Shown here piece by piece: positions 39,016 to 53,386 of a stretch of DNA of 64,000 nucleotides. The DNA lies in NCBI RefSeq assembly GCF_022539665.2, contig NC_081331.1, positions 8,432,001 through 8,496,000 of the forward strand. Reading direction: 5' to 3'. Position 1 is the first letter of the stretch. Every line of letters begins with the position of its first letter. The translations under genes and the position numbers were made by a program. The notes beneath the pieces were generated by a model. That model made no database searches. It had not been told where the DNA came from and saw only the letters and a program-made list of their open reading frames with translations. This DNA is from Daphnia carinata (taxonomy: Eukaryota).

Positions 39016-39669
39016 TAAGTATAAGAATTTACGTATTATGGAGCAAAAAATGTTATTATCAATAATGGTTATTCATTAAGCACATACTAAAATAACCTTT
39101 GATAACTTTGTAGTTGTATTTGATTTGCTGCTTTTCGTGTACGCTTTACGCAATGTGAGACGTTGAGACCAAAAGGGTGAAAGAGCATCTACGTTCGTGA
39201 GTATAAATATCTTTCATCGTAAGTCTCCCGTCGTTCGAATACCATGAGTTGTCTCGTACTACAGTTAACCGACTTTAGTTAAATAATAAAAAAAAGGTGA
39301 AGGCATATAGTGGCTGACACCATCGACTGCGTAAAAGAACGAAAACTTTTATTACTATTACTTATTGATTACTGCCTTAAAAAACTATAAGACAAATTTA
39401 ATGAACCACAGAATTTGCAAATACATTCTTTCCATGTAATAAATTCCAGCTAAATCATTGCAACACGGAAGGCATAGCAAAGAGAAACAAACAAACAAAA
39501 GAAAAAGAAACACATTGCAAAACAAGTAGGTAATTCAAAACAGAAGTTTTTTGAAACTACGTATGATCTTAATTAAAATCACCATTGTAAATGCCAAGCA
39601 AACTTGGCATTTTGGTAGCAATTGTTACATACTAGACGTTAATTTTGGGGGCTTAGCTCAAGATGACTT

Positions 39670-42600
39670 TCAGTTAAGGGGCTTGATCGCTGGGGTACGG
39701 AATTGCGCTGCAATCCTACTTCTCACGGGGCTTTTAGATGCCATGCCTTCAACGCTGGAAGTCAGGATCATTGATGGCCGAGGAAGTAACGACGCAGGAG
39801 GAGGTATTCCTGGAGCGGAAGTCGCATCTTCGATCTTCAAAAGAAAAAAGAAAAGAAAGAAAGAAACGTTCAGTTAATGCCCCGCAATCAACATTCAACA
39901 GCACACCTCTTTGACTAATGCTCCAGGTGACGTAAAATTCGAAACAGGAGTGACGGGTACTGGAAAAGTACAGGGTGCATGCCATGCTGTAAACTTGAAT
40001 AGTAAAACAGGTAAATTACACTTGAAAAAGAGAGACGAGACATATAATCAACCTCTACAAGCAAGCAACCACATTATTAAGGATAACGTATAGACATATA
40101 TATTATTTAGACAAAATAAGGCCCTATTTACCCAGTAATTGCACGGGTAATTAGATGCCAAAGCAGTGGCATTCCAATTAGGCGGATAGCCTGCATGTGA
40201 AGCGTAGGTAGGTGACATGTTAAGAGGGATTCCCATAGCCATGCTCCATACCGGACTCCAAGACGCCGAAGGAATAAAAGTTGGGATGGGGGATAACATC
40301 TATTACCAGGAATACCGTATAGCAAGTATGATAAACGTATAGATAGGCAAACAAAAAGCGCGGAAAGAAACAAAACCAAAGTTGAGGGAGCGGTAAAACG
40401 TTAAGCAATTGCAAAGGATCTTGCTACTACGACGTTGGACTATTAGGCAGCATGTTACTTACGACAGGTGAAGCAGAACTGGAGTTGAAAAATTGCTTCA
40501 GATCTTCACACATCCCACTTTTATCGTACGGACTAATATCTTCTTGGTTAACAGGCTTGTTTGCTGGCGGCTGAATCAACCAGTGTGCTGGAGGTTTAAT
40601 TCCTGATGGCTTCGGTGCTGGTGGAACAATGGGAGGGATTAAACCTGGCAAAGGGAAAAGTTTCAACAAAATAGATGGCATATTGAGTAAAAAATTTCAA
40701 CAAATAGTAATCACAGTTAGGACTTTTATGTGCAATATGTGCAAGGCACTTGGTAAAAGCATTTTGAGAGAATTAAAACAAATAACAATGATTAGAATAA
40801 CCTTGCACGAGTTCTAACCTGCCATTTCTTTATGAAGAGTTATTACACGTTTGGGCCCTTTTCCGCGTATAACGACCAAGTGAAGAATGGATTGCAAAAG
40901 AGATATTATACTAGAATGACCATAATAGGAAGGTCGACATTGTACTCCGAACCGCTCCAGATAACTGGTCTCGAAGTTGGTAAGCAGTAAACGCCCTCCA
41001 TTTTCATTCAAAAGTATGTGAACCTGGCGAGAAAACATAAAGAGGGGAACAAACCGAACGATGGGCTCCGAGTCGCTTTCGTTATCTACCTTAACAAATA
41101 AACGAATAAAATAAAAGAGAAAATGTAGAACAATTTCGAAGTGCGTGACAAGACTTTGAACAAAAGCGAAACAAGAAGACGAAATTGCAAACATTTTTCA
41201 TTTTTCTGCTACCAGATTTTATGCGTACCAGAAATATGATAGGCTAGTCCAAGAGTAGATTCATTTCAAGCTTTATAGAAAATCAAAATCCACAAAGAGT
41301 AGCAATTGTATCTAGCTAATTTTGAACATTATGAATGCATAACTGAAGACTTACTATTACTATGTCTTCCATGTAATCCGTGAGGAAGTTTAACGGACAT
41401 TCTTGACCATAGTTATTCTTGTACTTTTCAAGCAGTGTGCGCAGTGCCATTGAACCATCTAAGACCGGGTAGAGAATAGAAACCACACGGAATTTCGCTT
41501 GCGAGAGAGCGGTTTGATCAATAAGTGCCAGTTCAGCCCCTCTCTCGGAATAAACAACCTGGAACAAAATTAACTTTTTGATTCCCAAAGCAGCAACTAC
41601 GGAGTTTGCGTTCCTTTCGTAAATAGAGTGGTAAACACTCTATTGCCAGTGGACAAATTTTTCTTAACTTTTAAAACTGAAGGTTTTTTTACAATTTCAA
41701 CATTCGTACTGACTTGACGCCATGACGCGCTGGACGGCAACCAAAATAGTATGCACTATACAATATCACTATGGGGAATAGTTTCGAAGAATAAGGAAAA
41801 TAAAAAATAAACATACCTGAACATGGTTCCTTAGCTTTGTAACAAGTTCATCTAAGCTCCTCGCATCATACTGCTCAGGTTTCAAAGCAAAGCCATAATG
41901 AATCCGAAAGGCGTCTGGTAAGTAATTCAGCAACAGAGGCTGATGGCCAGTATGATTTCGGACCAGCCATGTAACTTGGTCGGATAAAATCTTCATACGT
42001 TGCTTCATGGTCAGCTGTACGTATTTTTCTATTTCGTTATCCAGCTCGAAAACCTTCAATATGTCAATATGTTTCAATAAAATTTCATTCGATAATGGCG
42101 AAATTGAGGTAAAAATTATATTTACCTGAACGGTTTCTGGAATTGATTCAAAAAGCTCCACCAGCTATTCCGCATCATAAAGAAAATCATAAAAGAATTT
42201 AAAATGGATTTCTTATGTTACGCTTTGGTAGGAAAGATGGCACCAGGCAAAAATGAAACCAAAAGTGAATGTTAAAAAATTAAAAAATGTTATAGTTAAA
42301 TAAATAGAAAATGTAACTAAAATTCGAGTAAAAAGTAAAAAAAAAGTTGAATTAAAATAAATAAACAAATAAAACCTTTTGGCAACCGTAGTCTGAAACG
42401 CGGCACTGCCTGCCGAAGTGATGATGATATGCAGGTATGAATTTGGCAAAATCCAATTTGCATTGCGGAGCGTGCTTCAACAGCTCAACAACCTGGTAAG
42501 GATAGAACACCATTATTTGATTTTTGTGTACGAATAGCATTGAGACATGGACCAGAAAAAGATTTAGTGAAAAACAATAATAAAGATAAACCTCAAGGGC

Positions 42601-45600
42601 AAATTGCTTGGTACGCTCCACTTCGTCTGACGTCTGTTCGCGCTTCGGTAACGCAATTATTTCTTCTCCATCAGCCGTGGTCATAACGACCACAGATGCT
42701 TCCGCAACCTGGGTCAAGAGATCACTCAGGTGACAAAGGCCATAGTCTCTCGGATCAAATGGACGGCCTAGTGTTTTCTCGTAAAGTGCTGGGAAGATTG
42801 AAACACTCATCTGCTTACTGGCTTGTGCTTTCAAGTTTCGTAACAGATCTGACGTGAAACGTTTCATTTGTGCTTTATGACTAAGCGTAACATGGCGTCT
42901 AGAACCTTCGCCTAAAATCTAAGAATGAAATTTCTTTTAACAAAAAGTCTTCGTCGCTATAGACAGGGATGAAAAGCTCACCTGGACAACATGTGACAAC
43001 GATTCCAGCAAATCAATAAGGCGAGTGTAGCCGTAATCAGCTACTCGGCATTGACGGCCAAAGTGATGATGGTAAGCGGGAATAAATTTTGAGAAAGGGA
43101 TGCGGGATTGTGGAGCCATCTTCAATAAATCTACAAGCTCTCGACAGAGAAGTGACATCTGAGGAAGCAACGATGGATTCAGTGATTGCAAGGGCTCTAA
43201 AATTGTAATTAATAAATAAAATCATATTTTTCAATTGTAGTTGCATCGTTGATACCGTTATTGGACATTTGATCATTTTTTCCCGACCACTGCAGTCGCT
43301 TGTGACCTGCCACTGCGACGATGCCAACGCCTTTTACGCAAGAGATCAGATGTTCAAGTGGTACGCCTTTTTCTTCACTCACATTCAATTCACCAATTTC
43401 CATTTCGTAACATCGCGCCAAACTTTACGCCAAATAAAAAAATTATTATTTATAAGAAAAGAAAAAAAGAGGAGGAAAAAGAAATCTAACAAGATAGATA
43501 AGTTCGAAAAAATATTGACACTGAAACAAATGGCTCGGACAAAAAGCTCTAAACGATAAAAAAGGAAAATTTCTACCTAGCTAATGGTATGGTTCCTCCA
43601 TGTGACTGTAATAAACAGTGGGTATGAAGTGAAATTTGATGAAGTGTAGACAAAACCAACGGAAGCTCCGGCGAAGGCTCTAATTCAGCCCAGCCATGGG
43701 ACACATGATTTGGAATAGGATCATGGAGAGGGCAGCGCGGCATTTCGGACACCGACAATTCTGGCTACAAAAGTAGTTCAAGAAGCAAGTTGGGCGAATG
43801 CAAGCTAAAAGATGCATTTTGATCCAAAAACACATACCTCTGAACCTGAAGAATTACTTCTTGTTAACAGCGTTACATCTTTATTTGATTCATCTCCACT
43901 AGATTGCTGCGATTTCAGAGGATGCTGATTCTGTAGAAAAACTACACACCTTCCGTGAACGTCATCTGTAACGTGCAAAATATCCCGAAGACGATGAAGA
44001 TCAGCCAAACTAACCTAAATTTAAATATGTATCTTTTACATATTAATCAAATTTAAAGAAAACAGACGACGTAAGGTATATTACCGACGTAGTGTAGCGT
44101 TGCTCATACAACTCGCGGAACTTGAACAGCGGAAGCCGGCGTTGAGGAATTTCTGCTAGAAGAGCGTTCACTTGAGCTCTTAAAAAATAAAGTAAAAACA
44201 GAGGGAAATAGGTATTAGGTGACACAAATGAAAAAGTGCACATGTCACGTCAAGTTCGAACCTGATTTGAAGAGGTGTTGGTACGCTCCTTCCTGGACCC
44301 GAACCATAGCTATTCTGATCATAAGCAATCATGATTCGTTTGCTTCCCAGTTTGCGTCGATGAAGCTGAGAAACGCAATACTGTGCATCCTGAACTGAAG
44401 GTACGCGCACAATTGCTGCAAGATGACCGTCACTCTGAAGATGAACAGTAACATTCATGACCTAATGAATCACGTTTTAATAGTTTAGAAACACCAATAC
44501 AACCAATGTTTTGTTTAACTGAAAGGGCAAAAACTCCTTAAAAAACGATCACCTTACCATTACGTGCTGCTTGAACACAGACGTTATGAGTGTTTTCATC
44601 TCCTTTGCACCAATGCTTTGATCTAGATTGGTAACATGTAGATCTACAGCAACAGGGGATACGGTACTTAATGCACAAGTTGGAGACTGCAAGGCAGAGA
44701 ATGATGACTGCGCGGGTGCTGCGAAACAAGTTTGAATGGGAGTTTCACCGCTTGGTGCAGGAAATGGAATATAAGCCGCTCTGTTTTCGGTTTTGCTATC
44801 GACATGATTATCTTGAATTTTGGCATTTAAAGCTGACTGATGTTGGGCTGGTTAATAAAATCAATCTTATTGGCGACAAACTACATTTGATTGGTAAAAA
44901 AAAAAACAGACAAAAACCTTTGTAGTTACCACGGATTCTTCGGTGACCCTGGGGGGTTTTCTCTACAAGGTATTCGGACGGTGTTCGGTAATAGTCCCAC
45001 CTATTGGGCCCATCAGCATCTAAAACGGCACGCCGAAAAGTATCGTCTACGACGGCTTGCTCAGCCTTCATCAAGAATAGCAGGCAATTGGTTATTTTCA
45101 AGCACCATGTCTAGTCAAATGCGCAAGAATTCGAGAAATTACCGTTTTCGTGCAGCGTTCTTCATAGCCAAGTAGTACCTCCTTTTCTTCTCGATTGACA
45201 GAACGTGGGCGAAGGTTCAAAAGTCGAGGAGGAGCCACTTTGGCTGGATTAGGCGGCGGTGGAAAAGGGGTAAAATGGCGCTTGCACGTCCCTCCTATCA
45301 TCTCCTTGGTATGGGGGCGAACGACGTTCAAGTCGTTTGGCGTGCGAGGCACAGCAGTAGACTGGTATGGTGAACGGCGATAATCGATGGATATTTTCTT
45401 TCCAAAGACGTCTTCACCTTGCATTCGTAATACAGCTCTTCGTGTTCAGAGAACGTATCAAAAGAATAAGACTAAACTATGAACGACCTTGAATTACAAG
45501 AGCGAGTACTATCAGACACGAGTAAGGTAGGTATTGCACATGGTGGAGAGAAATGTCGACTAGCTTTCGGCAAAGCCGTTGTCTGATTGTTGCACAATAT

Positions 45601-47915
45601 CAATTAACGCAGTGTGTCAACGTCGTATTTTAGGGATAGGGAAGCATTAGCGCATAGTCTACACAATTAATTCGAACTAAAAAACAAAGAGTATGCCCCC
45701 GGCAAAATTCGGGACCAAAGTAGAAATAAGCGTCGTTTTTACCTTTGAGCGGTATTGAGACTATTAAAACGAATGACGCCACGGCCACGTTGAAGCTGAA
45801 CCATTTTTCCGCCACAGTTTTCAGCGATCTGTTCAACCCGTTGGCGTACTTGGGACGGTGATACGAAAAGTGGCAAATTTATGACATCGAGATATTCGGG
45901 ATCAGTATACTCCTTGTATCAAAGAACAGACGTTGAATGGAATGACGCTCAATTGGTCGATAAATATATTTTTTTAACGCATATTTACCGTTGTTGCGTC
46001 TTTTAAAAAAGGTACGTTTCCAATAATATCATCAAATAAATAATGCTCGTTGGCGCAAATTAACAGCGCTTTCGATGCCAAAAACTGATGCAGAAGGATG
46101 ACTGAATATTGGAGTACAACGAATTATAGTTAGACCATCTTTTATAATATTATATCTACTGTAACTTACCATAAACATTTTTACGATTTTTAAAATCAGA
46201 AAGATCAGTAGTGAAATTCACGTCCGAAGATATAAGCAACATAGCACATGGAATTCCGATGTTGTCTGCAAATCGTCTCATGCTGTAATATTAATACACA
46301 AATCAGTAACAAATAAATTCCTAAATCTAAAGCTTGCACTACATGGTTATAGAAGTAATATTTTATTTGTTAATTGTTTCGGGACTTCGAAAAAATCTAT
46401 TATATATAAAATTGTTCTTAACAGAAACTATATATTCATCAGGTTTACTTACAGCTGACGCAATTTGTCATCAGCAGCGTTCTTATTCGTGCAGCTTACA
46501 TGTACCACAGTAACCTATACGGGAAAGAAAACAGCTCTATTGAGTTGCGGCCACCCAAATGGAAAGACGATACGATTAAACCCTTAGATAATTTTAACAT
46601 TGTCCAAACAATAAACACATGTACGATGGTGGCATTGGCAGGCCAAGCACTTCGTTATATCTCTATTTACTGTAGACAACTTTAAATAAAAATTAGCTAA
46701 ATTTGCAAAGACAACTAAATGCAGTTTAGAACCCTATTCATCTCCATTTGCAAACGTTCGAAATTTTATCTGTTTTCGCACTTGGCCTTTTTAATTGTTC
46801 AATTAATTCAGTAACAAGTCTAAATACCTGTGCATTATTTAAATCGATCACGACTTCCTTTCTCTCTTTAAGAACATCACAAACAACTACAAATTCAGCT
46901 TCTCGATAGTTCATTAAAAACCTTTGGCGAATAGCTTCCACAACAGCTATTGCCTGGTGACAGCTGGGTATCCTAACGTTTTCTATATCCCAGAAAATAC
47001 CTACAATAGAAAATGCTGATATAACTTTTTGCAACACAAATCAAACATTTTTATGATTACCAATGGGAGTAAATAATGGAATCTTCGGGTATGAACCACA
47101 CAAAGTGCAAGATGAAACTGGTTTTCTTTCATTATGCGAAGAAACAACTGACATTTTTTTATTGGTGTTTCCTTTAAAAACTTTTCTAATATACCATCAA
47201 ATCTCCATAACAAAAAATAAGACAAAAATGAAAAATTTTAAACAATTTAAGTATCTACCGTTAACCTTTCAAGAGTTAAAATGAAATTTCACAGGAATTT
47301 TTTCCAAACAATTATTAAATTAAATTGGCCAGATGTTTGATTAACTGTTGGCACGATGTTTTGTTATGGATGTAATTTGTAATGTGTCACATGAGTGGAA
47401 TTTTTTTTATCAATTTTGTCTGTTCATTGTAAAAAAAAAAAAATCCACAATAAAAAAATGTAAGACTATAACAAAGGTAATGAACGCACTACATACATAG
47501 AAGAAGCTTGCATCTTATGTCTGGTTGCTGTTGTGCATAAAGTGTTATCATGTACAACATTACAGCCTTTTCAATTTTGGTAAATAACAAAAAGACATTG
47601 TACATAATATGGTAGTTGCTGATCAAAGAGAATCACAATTTGACTTTAGTGAATTTTTCAACAGGTTGTAACAACAACGTATCATTATGTAAGCCTACTA
47701 ACCAAGATAAGGTACCGTCATGCATTAAAGCATACAAACAACATCCCATGTGGAGAATATGGAAATTTTTTTTATCAACCTAGCGTTTTCTTTGGACTAT
47801 GGTAAAACCATTTCTGCCGTCCACAAGGTATGATCGTCTGCTCGCATACTTGGTTGGGAACCTGGGACGTCGATCGATATCCCGTGGAAGTTCTAGTGGA
47901 AATGACCGAAGTCAT
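39670..47915 (-). CDS. MARF1: Meiosis regulator and mRNA stability factor 1 (limkain-b1): NYN nuclease, RRMs and multiple LOTUS/OST-HTH domains; multi-exon
   Basis: NYN motifs [20 protein letters not shown] and LLISSDVNF. RRMs AENCGGKMV / [13 protein letters not shown] and [39 protein letters not shown](A/S)DYG twice. C-terminus RSRIAAQF...PLN*. The start codon at 47915 is inferred. Confidence 0.92.
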
Positions 47916-48566
47916 GGGCTGTGAAATTCCCTCGGGGAAGGATATACCGTAGGACGAGACAGATGAATTTATTATCTAAGGGCGAAAATATTATTTTGCG
48001 TTTCTCGATAATTGATTTGCTAAGGTGTGTTATTTAATCAGAGGAATACTGTAGCGCAATACTTTCACGTTGTTCGTTGAATTTTCATTATCGGTTATAG
48101 CTAAAAACGGCCATTTAACTAATGGGTAGTGGTTAATGATATCACGAGTGGCTGACACGGGACTTCTTCCCATCGAGCTGGATTTTCTGAAAACAAAAGG
48201 ATTGCATGAAATATATTTCATTTATTTTTCTGCACATACAGCTATTACAACATTATTCCAGCATAAACAAATAATAAAAAAAAACTTAAGTCATTTGTAT
48301 ATACATGCATGATTGCTTAGCGATACACTGAGAAAACCGGGTCAACGGATGAAATATTCCACTAAATAACCTATGGGGATCCTCCATTTGTGGTGGGCTT
48401 AACCGCGGAAAAAATTTGTTTCATAAATGTGCTCATTTCAACAGTGATTTACGCCCTGCTGTTCCACCTTCCACGCCCCAAGCACGCGAAATACATGGTC
48501 ACCCCGCTCCTGGTGATATTCTATAGATGTTGTTTGGTTTGTGTTGTGGTTTATTCTCTGAAGAAA
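47916..48566. promoter_or_regulatory. Probable bidirectional promoter / 5' UTR region between MARF1 and RGP1
   Basis: Divergent start codons only ~650 bp apart. Confidence 0.5.
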
Positions 48567-50151
48567 ATGATCGAAGTCAGTGCTCATCTGATTGGAGGCC
48601 CAGTTTATTTTGCAGGAGATAGAATTTCTTGCCGGGTTACGTTTAGCAATGTACGTCAAACGGCAGGCTCTGCTCAGAGTTCTATTGCTACCAAGTAAGA
48701 CGTACAGTATTGACAACAGAACATAAATGTTTTTCATCTTCATTACCTTCTCCTCTCTTAAGAAAATCGGAGGATGTACTAGGTTGGGCAAGTGCGCAAG
48801 TGGTATGTGTTTGTACCATTAATCCGCAAAAGGTTTTGGTTGTGGATTCTATTTCCAACTGTAACACTTCTATGACAGTCAATAGCACATCACTGTCTCC
48901 TAAAGCTGGAGAGAGAGGCTTAGTTATCTTTTCTACCAAACCTAAAATCCTGGTTTGTGATTTAACACTACCTGATGACAGCAATACAGACTGTATAACA
49001 AATTATATTTTGTATGATTCACCAAAAATATTTAACTAAATTTTTGTGTGTGAAACAGATCTATACCAAGAAACATTACCTAGCAATCTACCTCCATCAT
49101 TTCGTGGCCAAGCCATAAAGTACTCATATAAACTCAAAATTGGTTTGCAGAGAGTAGGGGCACCAGTAAAACTACTTAATGTGCCCTTTAGACTGATGAC
49201 ATGGCAGTGTATAATCACAACTAGTTTAACTAATCTTACACTTGCTATTTAAATTGTTTATTTTTTCAGTGTGTGGGTTACCCAACTGCCAGGATGAACA
49301 AGGAATTGTTGTATCAAATCCATTTTTGAAGACCAGTCAATGTGTGAACCCAGAATTTGATGACCCATTGGAAACCATTCAGGCAAGTAAAACAAAGCTT
49401 AAGATTTTACAAACAATCACACAACTCAACATGACCTATATTAAACCTTAAATTTCAATGCCAGTTGTTGACCTCCAGAAGAAGTCCTAGTGTTTATAAA
49501 GTCACAAATGGGAATGGGAAAGTTGTAAATTTGTGCTTGTTCAAATCTGGATATAGACTAGGAGAAGACATTGTAGGAACATTAGACTTTTCTGCTTCTA
49601 ATGTTTCATGTATTCAGGTAACATTATTAACTTATTACCTTGCTGTCAATAACTTTGGTGTAACAGTTTTCTTTGTTAATTATGTTGGCTAGTATTCAGT
49701 CAGCCTACAAAGCCAAGAAGTGGTTCCTGAAGAAAAGCGCCGAAGAATTGGACCTCATTCCAAATTTGCTGACGAAATTGTGACGTCCTACTCTAAGCAT
49801 CATGAATTTTGGTATCATAAAACTTAATACTATTTGCCTTCGTCTGACTTGAAACTAATTGTTTTTTAATTCAGCATAGGATTTCTTCAAACCCATCTAT
49901 CGCTTCCTGTACCGTTACACGTTACACCGTCTTTTGACACGGATATGGTGGCTTTAAAGTGGAGACTGCACTTTGAATTCGTAACCGCCGTGACACCTTT
50001 ACGTTGGAGCGGAGAGAACAATTGGGAGCCTCCTACATCGATGGACATAGAAACAATGGTATGGGATTTACCCATTACGATATACCCAACGACGCCTGCA
50101 CACGTTTCAAAGGCGTTGTATGGTACGTGTGATGCAACGGTTATATTATAG
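48567..50151 (+). CDS. RGP1: RAB6A-GEF complex partner protein 2 (Rgp1), multi-exon
   Basis: [102 protein letters not shown]. Confidence 0.92.
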
Positions 50152-50295
50152 AACGTGTGATCAATAGCTGTCTATTCACCAAAAACATACATATGCATTA
50201 CATTTTTCCAACTTTTCCTCACTGAAATGGAAGAAAAAATTGGTTCAAAAAAGAATTCACATTTGTACAGTACATGAAAAAAATATTCTCAACTT

Positions 50296-51145
50296 TCATC
50301 CTACAGGATTTAGGGCTTTTCTCAGTGTCAGATAACCAGAAACAATATCACTTGGGAGAGTTTGAATTGTTTGATACTCTTCAGCTTCAGCATATCTTAA
50401 ATGAGTATGAGGATCTGTGTAGTTTCCCTGCCGTGTTACACACACAATTATGTTTATCAAAAATATTTTCATACTTGTATTAATATATAATACCAATAAT
50501 CCAGACAAATCTGAATATTTCTTTGCCGGTTTAAAAGATGGTGGTGCATCAATACTACTGTCTATATGTTTTTTAATAGTAATTTTTCAAACAGAATCAA
50601 TCAATAATTTCAAAACAAAAAATTTTAATACTCACAAAATACTGCATCTGACGTACACTCCATTGACCTTTCTTGGGATAGTATTTGCTTTAGCCCTTTC
50701 CAGATTTTCCTTTTAGTAGTTTTCTTTGCCTTGGCAAACATGAAAAAATTTTTATCAAATAAACATAAAATGTGAAGCATTATTTATCACAACATATTTC
50801 TACGAAGGTAACATTAAAGAATAAATAAATTTGGTGTTATTTATTGTTTTCCTTACCTCGTAAGAGGTGTTTTTAAATGGTACATTTTTCATTTCATCAA
50901 GACAAGCTTCATCCAGTGTACCATCAACACAGGTTAACAAAGGACTAGCAGCTTCTGTTTTTTTCGAAAGAAAAGTTTCTGTGCGAACTGTTGTGGTACT
51001 GCTAACTTCGTTTTTCTTGCTGATTATCTATATTTTAAAAAATAATAAATGGTAAGAAAACCTTAGCAGTAGTAGCCTACTACGCGGAAGGGTAAAAGTT
51101 GCAAATCAAATAACAACATACACTTGTTTTCTTTTTCTTTGCCAT
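50296..51145 (-). CDS. INO80C: INO80 complex subunit C (Ies6, YL1_C domain), 5 exons
   Basis: Spliced frame MAKKKKTS|...VPFKNTSYE|AKKTTKRKIWKGLKQILSQER...|YSSIDAPPSFKPAKKYSDLSGLL|GNYTDPHTHLRY...LPSDIVSGYLTLRKA; all GT-AG and in phase. Confidence 0.92.
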
Positions 51146-51994
51146 CACAGAAGACGTTTAGCAATTAGCATGCAGTAAACTTGGTAGAATCTATTGCACC
51201 GAAATATTTCGTTGCAATAACGGCCTTTTCCCCTATTGAACCGAAATCTTTCGTTGCAATAAGAACTTTTTTCACTATTGCGCCGAAATCTTTCGTTGCA
51301 CTAAGTGGCCTTACTGCAACGAAAGATTTCCTTTTCAAAATCGCAGTGGTGCCATTATCTTATTTTTTTCTTTAAGCAGACAAAAAAAAAACAACCAAAA
51401 AGCCGTTCGTGAAAGCGTTATGGTTTCTCCCTATGAACAAAGCATATGAAATTCACGTTCAACCCGATTTTGCAATTGTAAAAAAAAATGAATACAAATA
51501 ACATTTTAAGATATTTTTTTCACTTGAAATATGTGTGTAAAATGTTGGGAATGTGTAAAATATGTGTTGGAAATCGTAATGCAACAAAAATTTATTGAAA
51601 AAATAGCATTTTAGGAAAAAGGATGGTTTACTATTGAGCCATAAGCATTTGCAATTTCACATTAGATACACAAATTCGAGAGAGAGATAAGAGCAAACCT
51701 GACAAAAACCCGGACGACCCCCATACCCCCATACTACAGGTACCTCAGCATCCCGAAATTGCAGTACAGGACATCGAGGACACCGACATATCGATAGCGC
51801 TTTTGGAACTCATCATGGAGTAAAATGCGGGTTCGGAAGAAATACACAAGCAAACTAGTAACGTTGGGCCCGTCCAGGGCTGGGGTATAGGTGGTGCTAG
51901 CGTAATTAGCGCTATTTTTAAGAAAATCGATCCACATTTATTGTTTTTCCCTTCTACTACTAATTCTTATTACAAATTAGGAGTTCCCCTTTCT

Positions 51995-53105
51995 TGCCCG
52001 CCGACCCACTCCCTGTTTCTGCCCGTCCATCACCTGACTTTTCTGCCGGCCAAGAACCCAGCTAAAGTTATCCGTCGACCCCCTCTCTTCCCGTCAAACC
52101 ACTCTTTGCCCGTCAAACCACTCTTTGCCCGTTTGCCCCCTCTCGGCCCGTCAACCCACACTCTGCCCGTCAACTCACATTGTGCCCGCAAAAATGCCTG
52201 CTAGGGGACATCTTCCTTTTTTTTGCATTTGCCCACCTTTTCCTCACAGTCTCGGCCCGTCAAAACCCCTGCTATACTTGTCCGACCACTCAGTTTTTGC
52301 CTCTACCCGCTAAGAAGCCCGCTGTTATTGCCCGTCGACCCTCTCACTGCCCGTAGGCCCCCTAACTGCCCGTCGACCCACTCGCTGCCGGTCGACCCAC
52401 TCACTGCCGGTCGACCCACTCGTTGCCCGTTGACCCACTCGCTGCCCGTCGACTCCCTCTTTGCCCGTCGACCCTCTCACTGCCCGTCGACCCACCTGCT
52501 GCCCGTTGGCCCATTCGCTGCCCGTCGACCCACTCATCTGCCCGTCGGCCCACGCACTTCTCATCGAACCACTCGCTGCCCCTCAGCCCACTCGCTGCCC
52601 GTCGATCCCCTCTCTGCCCGTCACCCCACTTGCTGCCCGCCAAAACGACTGCTATAGTGGCCTATTGACTTTTTCTTCCCTCGCAGTCCCAGCCCAGGAA
52701 ACGCCCGCTGTAGTTGCCGTCCAACCACTTTTTCCCTCTGCCCGTCTTTTGTCGAATAGTCTATGCCCGTCAACCCCCATTGCCCACCAAAAAAAACTGC
52801 TGTAGTTGCCCGTCGACTTACCTACTGTAGCGCCCACTCGTTTTAAGCCAAGCCCGTAGACTAAAAAATTGCATTTATCCGACCTATTGTACAGTCTCTG
52901 CCCATCAACCCACTTTACGCGCCAAGAACTCGCCGTTGTTGCCCAACGACCCTCCTCTCTGCCCGCCAAAACGCCTGCCGTAGTGGGCTAGTGGCCAATA
53001 AAAATGATAAATAAAACTAATAAAATAAAATTAAATTAATTAAAAATTAATTAGAATAATCATAATAAAATGCCTTGCCCGTCAGCTTACGTGCCGTTGC
53101 CCACC
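51995..53105 (+). repeat. Degenerate 19-bp minisatellite (GCCCGTCGACCCACTCRCT), core 52330-52640
   Basis: About a dozen consecutive 19-20-bp units plus scattered GCCCGTC copies; strongly C-rich on the + strand. Confidence 0.9.
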
Positions 53106-53386
53106 GGCTTTAAGCTAACCCCGTAAACTGGAAAATTGTCTAATTCCGCAATTCCACCCGCAGTTTAGTCTTCCAAATGCCCATCCCACCAATTCACTAT
53201 AGCAGACGGTGGTTTTGACGCTAGCCAATCACAACAAATGCACAGCGTGACAGGCTCCTCCCCCAATTTCCTTGTTTTTTTATATAGTATAGATTGAGGA
53301 TTTTGAAAAAAAATCCTCATTCTCAGATTGAACCGCAACCAACTCCAAAATTACGGAAACATATCAAACGATGGTTTACTCACGCA

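Noticed and set aside
42352..43191. Duplicated [15 protein letters not shown] motif as a novel exon duplication
   Set aside because: Expected tandem LOTUS domains of MARF1.
52125..52969. Pro/Arg-rich ORFs; also considered as a CRISPR-like array
   Set aside because: Translations of a 19-bp minisatellite; units abut with no unique spacers, and the context is eukaryotic.
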